Positions 51,201 to 59,445 of a DNA stretch of 64,000 nucleotides are shown here, piece by piece (the stretch's first letter is position 1; the number at the start of each line of letters is the position of its first letter). The notes below the pieces were generated by a model that saw nothing but the letters and a program-made list of their open reading frames with translations, searched no databases and was not told the origin of the DNA. This DNA is from Ignavibacteriota bacterium (GTDB lineage Bacteria > Bacteroidota > Ignavibacteria > UBA10030 > UBA6906). Location: assembly GCA_963801355.1 (NCBI GenBank), contig CAWDEM010000008.1, forward strand, positions 128,001-192,000. Direction: 5' to 3'. The position numbers and the translations under genes were made by a program.

Positions 51201-51323
51201 CAGGTGGTATTCGACGGCAGCGGGTTGGCGAGCGGGATGTATTTCTGCCGGCTCCAGATCCGGGATGAACACGGTGCGGGCAGGCGGATTGTTGCCACAA
51301 AGAAGATGTTGTTGACCAGATAG
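48288..51323 (+). CDS. S8 subtilase with YCF48/BNR propeller and T9SS type A sorting domain
   Basis: Triad ADVDGG / AHGTATA / SGTSYSSP, AAAGN; SxDGGxxW repeats; LEQNYPNPFNPST..ASGMYF..KKMLL. Confidence 0.9.
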   Translation: MYHNRHLKLRPYLLLAVALVVNGLGPHPLGAALRAGHPAACESQQTAAGDVIPGTVIVKFRSDPTQTSGIPGKAGTTLFLSWTRLGATSMRRMFPPTPSLGKVPPSTDSVGLSRVYTLTLRDGLDPVAVARHIAEDPGVEYAEPKYYQRLCTEPNDPLLVNQAAALTRMNAYAGWSLARGSAAVIIADVDGGTDWQHEDLLANVHVKQGEDLNQNGVFDPGDLNGIDDDGNGYVDDIVGWNFTTNTYNPAGVSTAPGSYAHGTATASHFGAVTNNGKGMAGSSWNCALMPVCAAATSGDNLISFGYEGIVYAYQNGASVINCSWGRAGGYSQFEQDVITAATAAGALVVAAAGNESSNNDLAAHYPSNYTGVLGVGATYATDDVVAPFSNYGKRVQVFASGVNIFSAIAGGGYGNGGSGTSYSSPYVAGLAGILRGAFPAWTPVQIAAQIRTTADPIESVNPGYGGSLGRGRVNFERALTESHAALNLTSGELRTADGQKLFLTGDTLVLSLRVKNVLFVPATDCRIAATTSDPSLEVISGVAAVSGIAPGEETDVLVMTFRVGALDRVREVALRVVWTYNGTEQDGAVFRAVLFPEVPLWLLQRDGSSASLYSVRAASKDVVWASGGNGSASGPLVLRSTDGGGSWEDATGSLQDVDLYCIDALDDRRAWVGTSDGRIFATADGGSTWTVQSYPGRQSPFIDAVRIFPDGTGYALGDPPFDGKFVVLKTQDFGGTWVHLANEPGLNTSEAGWNNSFWWSDAQNGWFGTNMNRVWHTSDAGATWSSAATGSSNSFGVAFNSATTGYAVHDNGYVARSTNGGQSWSPVPLSTTEQVAAVACVPATGVAWVATGTKPFSTRDDGVTWTAETLYPFSGSITHVSFADTTIGWAVTSNGEILCYDPSAVTAVAESPVPEVPLEYALEQNYPNPFNPSTIIQFSIVDPQFTTLRVYDVLGREVAVLVHEWKAPGRYQVVFDGSGLASGMYFCRLQIRDEHGAGRRIVATKKMLLTR

Positions 51324-51329
51324 GGGACG

Positions 51330-52013
51330 ATGAAGGCATTGTCGAAGTCATTGCTTGTCGCGCTGCTGATTGCGGCGGCCCGTGCGAATGCGCAGTTCGA
51401 GGGAATTGTCGAGAGCCGCAATTACACGCTCGATGAGCGCGGCGCCGGCCAGTATTTCAACATGACCATCTGGGTGCGCCGCGACATGGCCAAGATCCGC
51501 ATTCCATCGATGGGGGAAATTCCCGGATCGACCGTCATCTACCGGCACGATCGCAAGATCTCGTATGTGTTCAACGATGAGGACAAGACATACTTTGAGG
51601 TCTCGCTCGCGAATCAAGAGACGGAGCAACCACAGCGCGACCAGGATCCTGACAAGCCGAAAGTGGTGCGCACCAAGCGCGTGCGTAAGATTCTGGGCTT
51701 CCCGTGCGAGCAGCTGAAGTTGAAAAGAGGAGAATCGGAGACAGAAATCTGGGGGACGAAGAGCCTTGGCGATCTTGCCGCCCGCCTGGACTCGCTCCTG
51801 GGAGATTCAGAGACACGATCCCAGGGAACCGACATGGAGTTGCTCCGACAACTCAAGCTGTTTCCTCTGGTATCAGTGACCCGGTTCGAAGGGAAAATCG
51901 TTGATTCGCAGGAAGTAACAAAAATCATTCGCCGTGGGCTCACTGAAGATCTCTTCACCGTCCCCATCGGTTACAGGAAACAACCGGCAATGGAGTCGAT
52001 GGACGACCACTAG
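51330..52013 (+). CDS. Exported protein, DUF4412-like
   Basis: Signal AQFEG, KILGFPCEQ, EIW, LFTVPIGY. Confidence 0.7.
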   Translation: MKALSKSLLVALLIAAARANAQFEGIVESRNYTLDERGAGQYFNMTIWVRRDMAKIRIPSMGEIPGSTVIYRHDRKISYVFNDEDKTYFEVSLANQETEQPQRDQDPDKPKVVRTKRVRKILGFPCEQLKLKRGESETEIWGTKSLGDLAARLDSLLGDSETRSQGTDMELLRQLKLFPLVSVTRFEGKIVDSQEVTKIIRRGLTEDLFTVPIGYRKQPAMESMDDH

Positions 52014-52043
52014 GGCTCGTGACGACCCCGCGCAGGAACGCCG

Positions 52044-52874
52044 CTAACGCACCAATCCAAGCTGCTTTTCCGCTTCAACCCCCGCCTCTTCGACGCTCAG
52101 GTGTGTGCGGTCAAGCCTCCCGTACATCTGTACAGGCACCATGCCCCGCGGATTGTGACGGTATTCGTCAATGCCACGGCACAGATACGTTTTGAAGTGC
52201 GGATTGATTGCAAGGTCGCACTTCACGTTGGTCTTTGAGTAGCGGATCGTGAGCCCGGCCCTTCTCATCGGAGAAGGATTGCCGGGGGAACCGTGGACGA
52301 GTTTGTCATCGTGAATAGATACCTGGCCCGCCCGCAGCGTGGCCTGGAGGGCGCCTGCTTCGCTGAACTGTCCAGGTTCGCATTCCAACTGCAGTACAGA
52401 ACTGGTTCTGTCAGGCCGTACATGCTTCAGGAGTCCTCCCCTGTGTGACCCGGGGATTACGGTCATCGCCCCGTTCTCCGTTGTGCTGTCATCGAAGGCA
52501 AGCCAGACGGTCAGGGATTCGTGGGGATGGAGAGGCCAGTAATACGCATCCTGGTGCCAGCCGACGGTGGAGAGACTGTGCGGTTCCTTGATGAAAAAGT
52601 TCGAACCCCAGAGGAAGAAATTGGGGCCGAGGAGATCCTCGACGTAGTCCAAAATGACACCGTTCATGCAAATGTCATAGAGAAAGAGACTGGTTTCATG
52701 CCACTCGCGGATTTCCTTGGACGTCTCGCCCGGCCTGAGGAGGGCCAGCAGGTTATCGAGTCCACTATTGAGTCCATCCATCTCACTGCTAGAAAATACG
52801 GGCGGGAGCGTATGCACATAGCCGTCCCCCGCAAAGGTCTTCTTTTGCTCCGGTGAAAGACGTTTGAGTGCCAT
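52044..52874 (-). CDS. Fe(II)/2-oxoglutarate dioxygenase, PhyH family
   Basis: FFIKEP..WHQD, VWLAFDD..ENG, VIPGSH, HGS..N..RR. Confidence 0.88.
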   Translation of the reverse strand: MALKRLSPEQKKTFAGDGYVHTLPPVFSSSEMDGLNSGLDNLLALLRPGETSKEIREWHETSLFLYDICMNGVILDYVEDLLGPNFFLWGSNFFIKEPHSLSTVGWHQDAYYWPLHPHESLTVWLAFDDSTTENGAMTVIPGSHRGGLLKHVRPDRTSSVLQLECEPGQFSEAGALQATLRAGQVSIHDDKLVHGSPGNPSPMRRAGLTIRYSKTNVKCDLAINPHFKTYLCRGIDEYRHNPRGMVPVQMYGRLDRTHLSVEEAGVEAEKQLGLVR

Positions 52875-53046
52875 CGTCTGAAATCCTCCTGAGTATATAA
52901 TGTATAACACGGCGAGACTCGACGAAGTTTCGCTCCTCCCGTAACCAAGTGGCCCGGAACTCATTCAGTCCTTTCTGCGTTCACAAGGATGGAGCTGCAT
53001 GCATTGACCTGCAGCCTATTCAGGAACTCGCTCAAAGGAGCCGTGT

Positions 53047-53712
53047 ATGGAGCAACGAGCACAATTTGCCGGGCGGTTATTCCGGGTTGCCATGGCCGGA
53101 CTGTTGTTTGCGCTGTCCTCGTCGACAGCGTCCAGTGCAGCAGCGGTTTACGTTGTAACCTTCGGTGGAAGCGTCGGGTTGGCGTATTCGCCGAGCGCTA
53201 TCTCAGTTTCGGTGGGGGATACCATACGATGGCAGGGGAATTTCGAGTTCCATCCTCTGAGTTCGACGACCATTCCTGCCGGCGCTGCAACCTTCGCGGT
53301 ATCGGCGGGGTCATCATTCGACTACGTTGTCCTGGTTCCCGGGGCGTATGGCTACACGTGCCAAATTCATGGACCCGCGATGAGCGGCTCGTTCAACGCA
53401 ACCGTAGCTGACGTAAGCGATGGGCCGGGGCAGCGGGAGCCGGCGGCGTACGAACTCCGGCAAAACTTCCCGAATCCGTTTAACCCGAGTACGACTATCG
53501 GGTTCACCGTGGGGGGGCAGGGATTCGGCATGGTGAATCTCACCGTGTATAATCTGATTGGTCAAGCAGTGGCGACAGTCGTGAACGGGATGCTGCCTGC
53601 GGGCCCTCACATCGTGACATTCGACGCCACCAATCTTCCGAGCGGCGTTTACGTATACAGGCTGGAGGCTGACGGCTTCAGGATGTCCAGGGCGATGGTG
53701 CTGATGCGATAA
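53047..53712 (+). CDS. Cupredoxin (plastocyanin/amicyanin-like) with T9SS type A sorting domain
   Basis: VGDTIRW..HPL..YTCQIHGPAM (His/Cys/His/Met); LRQNFPNPFNPST..LPSGVYVYRL. Confidence 0.8.
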   Translation: MEQRAQFAGRLFRVAMAGLLFALSSSTASSAAAVYVVTFGGSVGLAYSPSAISVSVGDTIRWQGNFEFHPLSSTTIPAGAATFAVSAGSSFDYVVLVPGAYGYTCQIHGPAMSGSFNATVADVSDGPGQREPAAYELRQNFPNPFNPSTTIGFTVGGQGFGMVNLTVYNLIGQAVATVVNGMLPAGPHIVTFDATNLPSGVYVYRLEADGFRMSRAMVLMR

Positions 53713-53736
53713 CGTTCCCCCCCCGGCACAAACAGG

Positions 53737-53768
53737 AAGGCCCCCGGGTTACAGGGGCCTTTTTTTTT
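53737..53768 (+). terminator. Intrinsic terminator between convergent genes
   Basis: AAGGCCCC...GGGGCCTT stem followed by a long T-run. Confidence 0.8.
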
Positions 53769-53786
53769 GTGTGAGGGTCCGGTTGA

Positions 53787-54194
53787 TTAGTGAACCAGCA
53801 CCACGCTATCCGCTTTGTCGTTGAAGACGTAGATGTCCATCGTTACAAAGTTGGACGCATCGGAATGCTCGGTCCCGACGCCGCGGATCACGACACCGGT
53901 TGCCGATCCGGCAGTTTGAATCGTATAGCTCCCGTTTGCATTGACGGCACGGTTGGTCAGTTTTGCCAGGCCGGTTGTACCGGTCAGACCGACAAATGAG
54001 TTCCCGCCACCGCCGAGGGCAGTCGGACGGCGATAGAACTGCTGGGCACGCGCAGCCAGGTTGACGAGGTCATTGGTGACCGCATCGCGGTTGGCATTCA
54101 CTGCGTTGTCCGTGAACATCGTGATTCCGACCGCCACTGCGATACCGACAACGATAACGCCGAGGATGATCAGAAGAAGTTGCTGCTGTCCCAT
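53787..54194 (-). CDS. Small pilin-like protein
   Basis: MGQQQ followed by about 22 hydrophobic residues, amphipathic helix and small beta domain; AAAGGAG upstream. Confidence 0.6.
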   Translation of the reverse strand: MGQQQLLLIILGVIVVGIAVAVGITMFTDNAVNANRDAVTNDLVNLAARAQQFYRRPTALGGGGNSFVGLTGTTGLAKLTNRAVNANGSYTIQTAGSATGVVIRGVGTEHSDASNFVTMDIYVFNDKADSVVLVH

Positions 54195-54274
54195 GGTGTA
54201 GCTCCTTTAGTATTGTGGTGGATGTGAGTGAATGTCTGTCGTTTTGTTCTCTTACATTCGTGACGACATAAGTT

Positions 54275-54290
54275 ACAACTGCTGTGCCAA
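54275..54290 (-). promoter_or_regulatory. Putative sigma54 promoter
   Basis: TTGGCAC-AGCAG-TTGT on the minus strand about 80 nt upstream of the pilin-like gene; -12 is GT rather than GC. Confidence 0.5.
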
Positions 54291-54401
54291 TCTCCTCCCG
54301 GGTGAAATCTCCTGCGTTTTGCCATGCAACCCATGTCTCTTCGGCCGGGGGGAGGTCAAATCTACCGGTCTCAGAAAAAGTTGCATGCAAGGGCTTCCCA
54401 C

Positions 54402-54881
54402 TCATTTCACGGGCGGGAGTGCCGACAGCAGATCCTCAAGCTTCAAGAGGACCGGCCGCCCGTCCGGAGAGCTCAAAGGGCCCGTAATGAAACCCTGATC
54501 GTTCGCCATGAAGACGGTAACGACAGGGTCCTGTGCAGATCCCGCGTAGTCTCCCGTGAGTGGCAACAGCAATCGCTGCAGGGCGTATGTGCCCTGAGCG
54601 GGCGAAGCAAACTCCGTCGGTGTGTCAAACTCGAATTCCAGCGCGATTGCGCCTTTTCGAATTCCCTCGATCAGGTCTTCACCGACATGCACACGGAGCA
54701 TGTCGTTTGTTCCGGCAAACAAATTCCTCAGCAAGGCCATTGCGGTCTTCTGGTCGGCGCAGCTCACACGGTGCTCGACGGTGATCCCGTTCTTGTGGAC
54801 AAACGCTTTCATCCCTCTGGAGTCTCCTTCGCATTGAAAGAAGGTCAGGACAAGCGACAGAATCAGGAGTATGCGCGTCAT
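54402..54881 (-). CDS. Hypothetical protein, possible lipoprotein
   Basis: Hydrophobic signal ending FFQC; ATGA-coupled to upstream gene. Confidence 0.55.
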   Translation of the reverse strand: MTRILLILSLVLTFFQCEGDSRGMKAFVHKNGITVEHRVSCADQKTAMALLRNLFAGTNDMLRVHVGEDLIEGIRKGAIALEFEFDTPTEFASPAQGTYALQRLLLPLTGDYAGSAQDPVVTVFMANDQGFITGPLSSPDGRPVLLKLEDLLSALPPVK

Positions 54882-56941
54882 TTCACCGACACATCGTCAA
54901 TGAGGATTGCGGTGTCATACACACTGTCGCCCACATCACCGGCACGGATGATAAGCGTGATCCGCTTGCCGGCGAACGCGCTCACGTTCAGATTCGAGGT
55001 CTGCCAGCCGGTCATATACACCCCGCCTTCATCGAAGGTAATCCCGGGGGAAGCGCTGATCAGGGTGCCCGGAGATTCCTTTGTCGCTCCAAAGCTCGAC
55101 GCGATTGCGTCCACCGTCCGGCTGAGGAGAACCGTTTCGGCGCCATTCTGATCCCTGACGGCAATCTGGAAGTAGTCCTGATACTGGGAGCCGATATACT
55201 CCAGGAACTCTTCGGAGAGGAAGTTCCACTTCACGGTCAGCGTCGACTGATTTGTCTTGATGGTGAATGTCTGGAAGATGCTTCCCGTACTTGTTGTGAA
55301 GCCGAGGCCGGTGGAGATGATGCCCATGTAACTTCCCCCGGTGGGATTCACGCTGCCAAGCTGTGTGATCACGCGCCCGTCGCCGGATCTCGTCCAGCCG
55401 TCAATTTTGCCAAACTCAAAATCACCATTGATCAGAGAATCCGGATAACGGACGTCGTTGGCGCCTTTGATCTCATACACCGCGTGCTGGCTGCCCGGAT
55501 CGCTTCCCGCCATGAACGATTCGGCCGTCGTCTTGAGATCTTTGGCGAGCCGTTTCGCCAGCGTGTCGGCGTTGAGGACGCAGAAGGTGCTGCTCACGAC
55601 CTTGGTATACCCGTAGTAGGTCTTGGCACCCTTGCCGATGAAGGCGTTTTGAAGATCGGGGTTCATCGTGCTTTCACACGAATTGTTCAGGATCACCGAA
55701 TTCGAGAAGGTCCCTGTGAGGTCACTGATGAACGGGGCCCGGATGACGTACACATTGCCCTGCACCTTCACCGCCCCGGCGGTGCTGATCGTCATGTTCT
55801 TCCAGATCGCCAGTTTGCCCGCTTTGATCAGCGCTTTGTAACTGTTCTTGTAGATCACCGAGTTGGTGTCGACGAGTTCACCGGTGGCAAATTCCTTGCC
55901 TTGTGACCCGTGCGTTGCCAGGACGACAAAACCGTATGCCGTGAGGTTGTTCAACGCTGCGACCGTCGCGGCCTGGTTCGAGAGGTACGTGATGTCGAAC
56001 TGGAATCCCGAAGTTTGCAGGACGGCCTGTACTTTTCCTCCTTCATTGGCCGGCGAGAATGCCGCTTCAAAAGGCGCATAGATGAGAACGCTGCGGTTCC
56101 CGATGATCTTTGGGTCCAGATCACCTGTGGCGACGGATTTGGAAAGGGGCGCCCGGGATGTTGTCCCCACCGTCTGCCGCGCAAGAGGGATCCGGTTGCC
56201 GGTCCGGCGTGACTCGATGGCTGCGCCGCCGCGCGTCAACACCGTGCCGCTCGCATTTTCCTCGTTGATGAACAAGCCTCCGTACAGCCCCGAGGTATAC
56301 AGGATGCTGATGGAAGAGGAGCCCCCGGAGGTGATCGACTGCACTGCCGGTTTTCCCTGCAGCCATGTCTTCAATTGCGTGATTGCCGTGGCAAGGTTGG
56401 CGGGATTTCCTGCCAGGAACTGGCTCAACTTGATTGCGGCTGAATCCTGGGTCTGGACGATTGTTTGATACTCGGTCGTCGTGAGGTTGGAGTACACGCC
56501 CAACGGTGCGGCATTGGAATTTCCGGCCGGACCCTGCTTTGTGCTTGCGGTGACCCGGAGGTTCAGGGTCCCCGTAGTTGTCGCCGTGAAGGGGAAACTG
56601 TTGTTGTAGATGTTGTCGCCCTTGATGTCGTCAAAGTGCGAGAGAGATCCGTCGTCATACAGCTGGCCGAGAAGCGTCGCATTGGCCCCGGCGGCGTCCA
56701 GACTGTAGGCCTTCACTGTGGAGTCATACAACTTCACGTTGGCCGGGACGGTAAGGCGGAGCTGAATGGTTGTCGGATTGCTGACGAGCACGACATTCGG
56801 CGTCGTGCTTAGCACACCGATCGTGGCCGCCGTCTGAATTGCATCGACGGGGTTGTCGCTGTCCTTCTTGCACGATTGGAGTGTCGCCATCGACATGAGG
56901 AGCAGAACGACCGCGAGAGCAGAGTACCGTGGTGATTTCAT
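54878..56941 (-). CDS. Multidomain lipoprotein (anchor-X-like domain, possible clan CD peptidase fold, C-terminal beta-sandwich)
   Basis: Lipobox LQSC; LYDDGSLSHFDDIKGDNIY; VLATHG and LNNSCE; C-terminal GDVGDSVYDTAILIDDV. Confidence 0.65.
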   Translation of the reverse strand: MKSPRYSALAVVLLLMSMATLQSCKKDSDNPVDAIQTAATIGVLSTTPNVVLVSNPTTIQLRLTVPANVKLYDSTVKAYSLDAAGANATLLGQLYDDGSLSHFDDIKGDNIYNNSFPFTATTTGTLNLRVTASTKQGPAGNSNAAPLGVYSNLTTTEYQTIVQTQDSAAIKLSQFLAGNPANLATAITQLKTWLQGKPAVQSITSGGSSSISILYTSGLYGGLFINEENASGTVLTRGGAAIESRRTGNRIPLARQTVGTTSRAPLSKSVATGDLDPKIIGNRSVLIYAPFEAAFSPANEGGKVQAVLQTSGFQFDITYLSNQAATVAALNNLTAYGFVVLATHGSQGKEFATGELVDTNSVIYKNSYKALIKAGKLAIWKNMTISTAGAVKVQGNVYVIRAPFISDLTGTFSNSVILNNSCESTMNPDLQNAFIGKGAKTYYGYTKVVSSTFCVLNADTLAKRLAKDLKTTAESFMAGSDPGSQHAVYEIKGANDVRYPDSLINGDFEFGKIDGWTRSGDGRVITQLGSVNPTGGSYMGIISTGLGFTTSTGSIFQTFTIKTNQSTLTVKWNFLSEEFLEYIGSQYQDYFQIAVRDQNGAETVLLSRTVDAIASSFGATKESPGTLISASPGITFDEGGVYMTGWQTSNLNVSAFAGKRITLIIRAGDVGDSVYDTAILIDDVSVK

Positions 56942-57185
56942 CTGTGGATCTCCGTTGAACTTGTTGATGTGGGTAATCTCCGGTTTGCCGTCCATCAGGA
57001 ACGAACAGGCGCTTCGAAATTCGGTAAACGTGTCGCAAGCCGTATGCCACAGAGTGACGGGGTCATTTCCATGGACTTCACTTCAAGCTATACGATTTGT
57101 TGGTTGTGAAATGGTTAATATTAGCCAACTATCCATATAGTGCCATGGCTGCAGGCCTTTTTACACAATGAAGGAGATTTTGTCC

Positions 57186-57221
57186 TTGACAAGCCGAAAC
57201 TAATATCGTTATATTACGATA
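57186..57221 (+). promoter_or_regulatory. arsR promoter with ArsR-type operator
   Basis: TTGACA-N18-TATATT; inverted repeat TATCGT-N6-ACGATA (57204-57221) over the -10. Confidence 0.7.
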
Positions 57222-57229
57222 GGACAATT

Positions 57230-57550
57230 ATGGGGATCTCCAAGAGAACATCATTCCGCGAGCGTGAGAACCGCATCGCAGATCTGGGGAAGGCGCTGGC
57301 ACATCCCGCCCGGGTAGCAATACTGGAATTCTTGGCCGGCCAGAATGTGTGTATGTGCGCTGACATCGTCGATCACATTCCGCTCTCTCAGGCCACCGTG
57401 TCGCAGCATCTCGCGGAGCTGAAACGGGTCGGACTCATCAATGGTGAAATTGATGGCCCGCGTGTGTGCTATTGCATTGACCGGAAGGCCTGGAACGAGG
57501 CGAGAGAAATGCTCACTCAATTTCTGACTGATGTCGGGGGATGTTGTTGA
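57230..57550 (+). CDS. arsR: ArsR/SmtB family metalloregulator
   Basis: [31 protein letters not shown]; C-terminal CC; directly upstream of arsM. Confidence 0.88.
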   Translation: MGISKRTSFRERENRIADLGKALAHPARVAILEFLAGQNVCMCADIVDHIPLSQATVSQHLAELKRVGLINGEIDGPRVCYCIDRKAWNEAREMLTQFLTDVGGCC

Positions 57551-57600
57551 CGTTCGCATTTTAATGGTCCCGTTGTATATTGTGCACAGTGGAGGATACT

Positions 57601-58419
57601 ATGAAGACCGGGCAGGAATTAAAGGAGATGGTGAAAGAGAAATACAGCGCCATCGCCGACAAAGCAAAAGTTCAGAATCAGTCGTCATGTTGCGGAAGCA
57701 CCTGCGGCTGTTCGGATGTGGAATTCACGGTCATGGCAGAGGATTATGCCAGGCTTCCAGGGTATGTTCCCGAAGCGGACCTTGCTCTGGGGTGCGGGTT
57801 GCCGACTGAATTCGCACTGATTAAACCCGGCGACACCGTTGTGGATCTTGGTTCGGGTGCAGGGAACGACTGCTTCGTCGCGCGCTCGATTGCGGGCGAG
57901 AGCGGGCATATCATCGGCATTGACATGACCGACGCAATGACGGAGAAGGCCCGCGTCAATGCGGCACGCCTCGGTTTTGCCAACGTCGAATTCCGTGCCG
58001 GTGACATCGAGAAGATCCCTGTCGACGATACTGTCGCCGACGTCGTTGTGAGCAACTGCGTGATGAACCTTGTGCCCGACAAAGCTCGGGCGTTCGCCGA
58101 AACATACCGGATTATCAAACCCGGTGGCCACTTCTGCATTTCGGACATCGTGCTGCAAGGGGAGCTTCCACGGGGACTGCGCGATGAAGCCGCGCTCTAT
58201 GCAGGGTGTATTGCGGGGGCTGTGCAGAAAGACGAATACCTGAGAATTATCGGCGAGGCGGGTTTCGTACACATCCGCATCCAGAAGGAACGCAAGATCG
58301 AAGTTCCCAATGAGATTCTCGCGCGCCATCTCTCACTCGATCAGCTCCGGGAATTCAAACGGAATCGGGTGGGAATCTTCAGCGTGACGGTGTACGGCGA
58401 GCGGCCCGCGGAGAAGTAG
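57601..58419 (+). CDS. arsM: Arsenite S-adenosylmethionine methyltransferase
   Basis: SCCGS, LGCGLP, VDLGSGAGND, VSNCVMNL, YAGCIAGA. Confidence 0.92.
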   Translation: MKTGQELKEMVKEKYSAIADKAKVQNQSSCCGSTCGCSDVEFTVMAEDYARLPGYVPEADLALGCGLPTEFALIKPGDTVVDLGSGAGNDCFVARSIAGESGHIIGIDMTDAMTEKARVNAARLGFANVEFRAGDIEKIPVDDTVADVVVSNCVMNLVPDKARAFAETYRIIKPGGHFCISDIVLQGELPRGLRDEAALYAGCIAGAVQKDEYLRIIGEAGFVHIRIQKERKIEVPNEILARHLSLDQLREFKRNRVGIFSVTVYGERPAEK

Positions 58420-58501
58420 GGGCGTCACGGTCTGCCTGTGTGCGGCCGCTTCTGCGGTATTGCGTTTCCATCGTTCATCCGCACTTCATGGAGTCACATC
58501 G

Positions 58502-59248
58502 ATGCATCCAGTCAACAAAATCCTGCACCCGGTAGGACTACGGTTAACCCGCGCACTGGAGGCCGTGAAGATCCCGCGGGAATTCGAACGGCGCTACTCA
58601 CAGCAGCTGCACGCATTGAAAAACGGCGGCGGGAGATTCAGGGTGTTCAAGGAGTTCCGGTATGACGCCGGGACCCACCCTGCTTCGTACATGGACTATG
58701 AGTGCGAGTTTGCCGCCAGGCATCTCGCAGCGTGCAACCCGGCGGCTGTTCTCGATATCGGTTCGTACCGTCTCTTCGTCATCGGCATGCTGTCGGGCTA
58801 CAAAGTAACGACACTGGATGTCCGCCCCAGGCAATCTGCCCTGGCCAATGAAACCATCGTCACCTCCGACGCCAAGAAACTCGAAATTCCCTCCGGCGCT
58901 TTTGACATGGTGGTCTCCCTCTGCACGCTCGAGCATTTCGGTCTGGGACGGTATGGCGACGACATCGATATGGAGGCCGACAGGAAAGCGTTTGAGGAAA
59001 TGATGAGAGTCCTTAAACCCGGCGGGACGTTGGTCTTTTCCACCACGATCACGCGAGCCGCCCCCCAAATTGCCTTCAATTCCCACCGGATTTACGATCA
59101 TGCCATGATCAGATCATTTTGTGACAAGCTGCAGTGCGTCGACGAGGGCTTCTTTAGCAACGATTTGGGCACCGGATGCGACCTCGAGCGCGTGACCGAC
59201 ACGCCCGCCGCATGCGATGTCTACTGCGGGTGCTGGAGAAAGCCATAG
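58502..59248 (+). CDS. Class I SAM-dependent methyltransferase-like protein (DUF268-like)
   Basis: VLDIGS, SLCTLEHFGLGRYGD, RVLKPGG, FNSHRIY. Confidence 0.7.
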   Translation: MHPVNKILHPVGLRLTRALEAVKIPREFERRYSQQLHALKNGGGRFRVFKEFRYDAGTHPASYMDYECEFAARHLAACNPAAVLDIGSYRLFVIGMLSGYKVTTLDVRPRQSALANETIVTSDAKKLEIPSGAFDMVVSLCTLEHFGLGRYGDDIDMEADRKAFEEMMRVLKPGGTLVFSTTITRAAPQIAFNSHRIYDHAMIRSFCDKLQCVDEGFFSNDLGTGCDLERVTDTPAACDVYCGCWRKP

Positions 59249-59255
59249 ATTTCCC

Positions 59256-59335
59256 TTGACAAATCGATATTCCTGCCCTATATTTCCATGTAAACGTTTA
59301 CAATTCTTCGTATCAGGATGATGTAAACGTTTACA
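59256..59335 (+). promoter_or_regulatory. Promoter with two identical LacI-family operators
   Basis: TTGACA-N17-TATATT (59256-59284); perfect palindrome TGTAAACGTTTACA at 59289-59302 and 59322-59335. Confidence 0.85.
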
Positions 59336-59445
59336 GATGTTTTTCGCTCGTTGTCAACGATACCTTCCTGCAGCGAGCTTCTTCAATTTCAGAGCTGGTT
59401 AATAGTCCACCTAACACCATCACCACACAATCAACAGAGGTCTTT

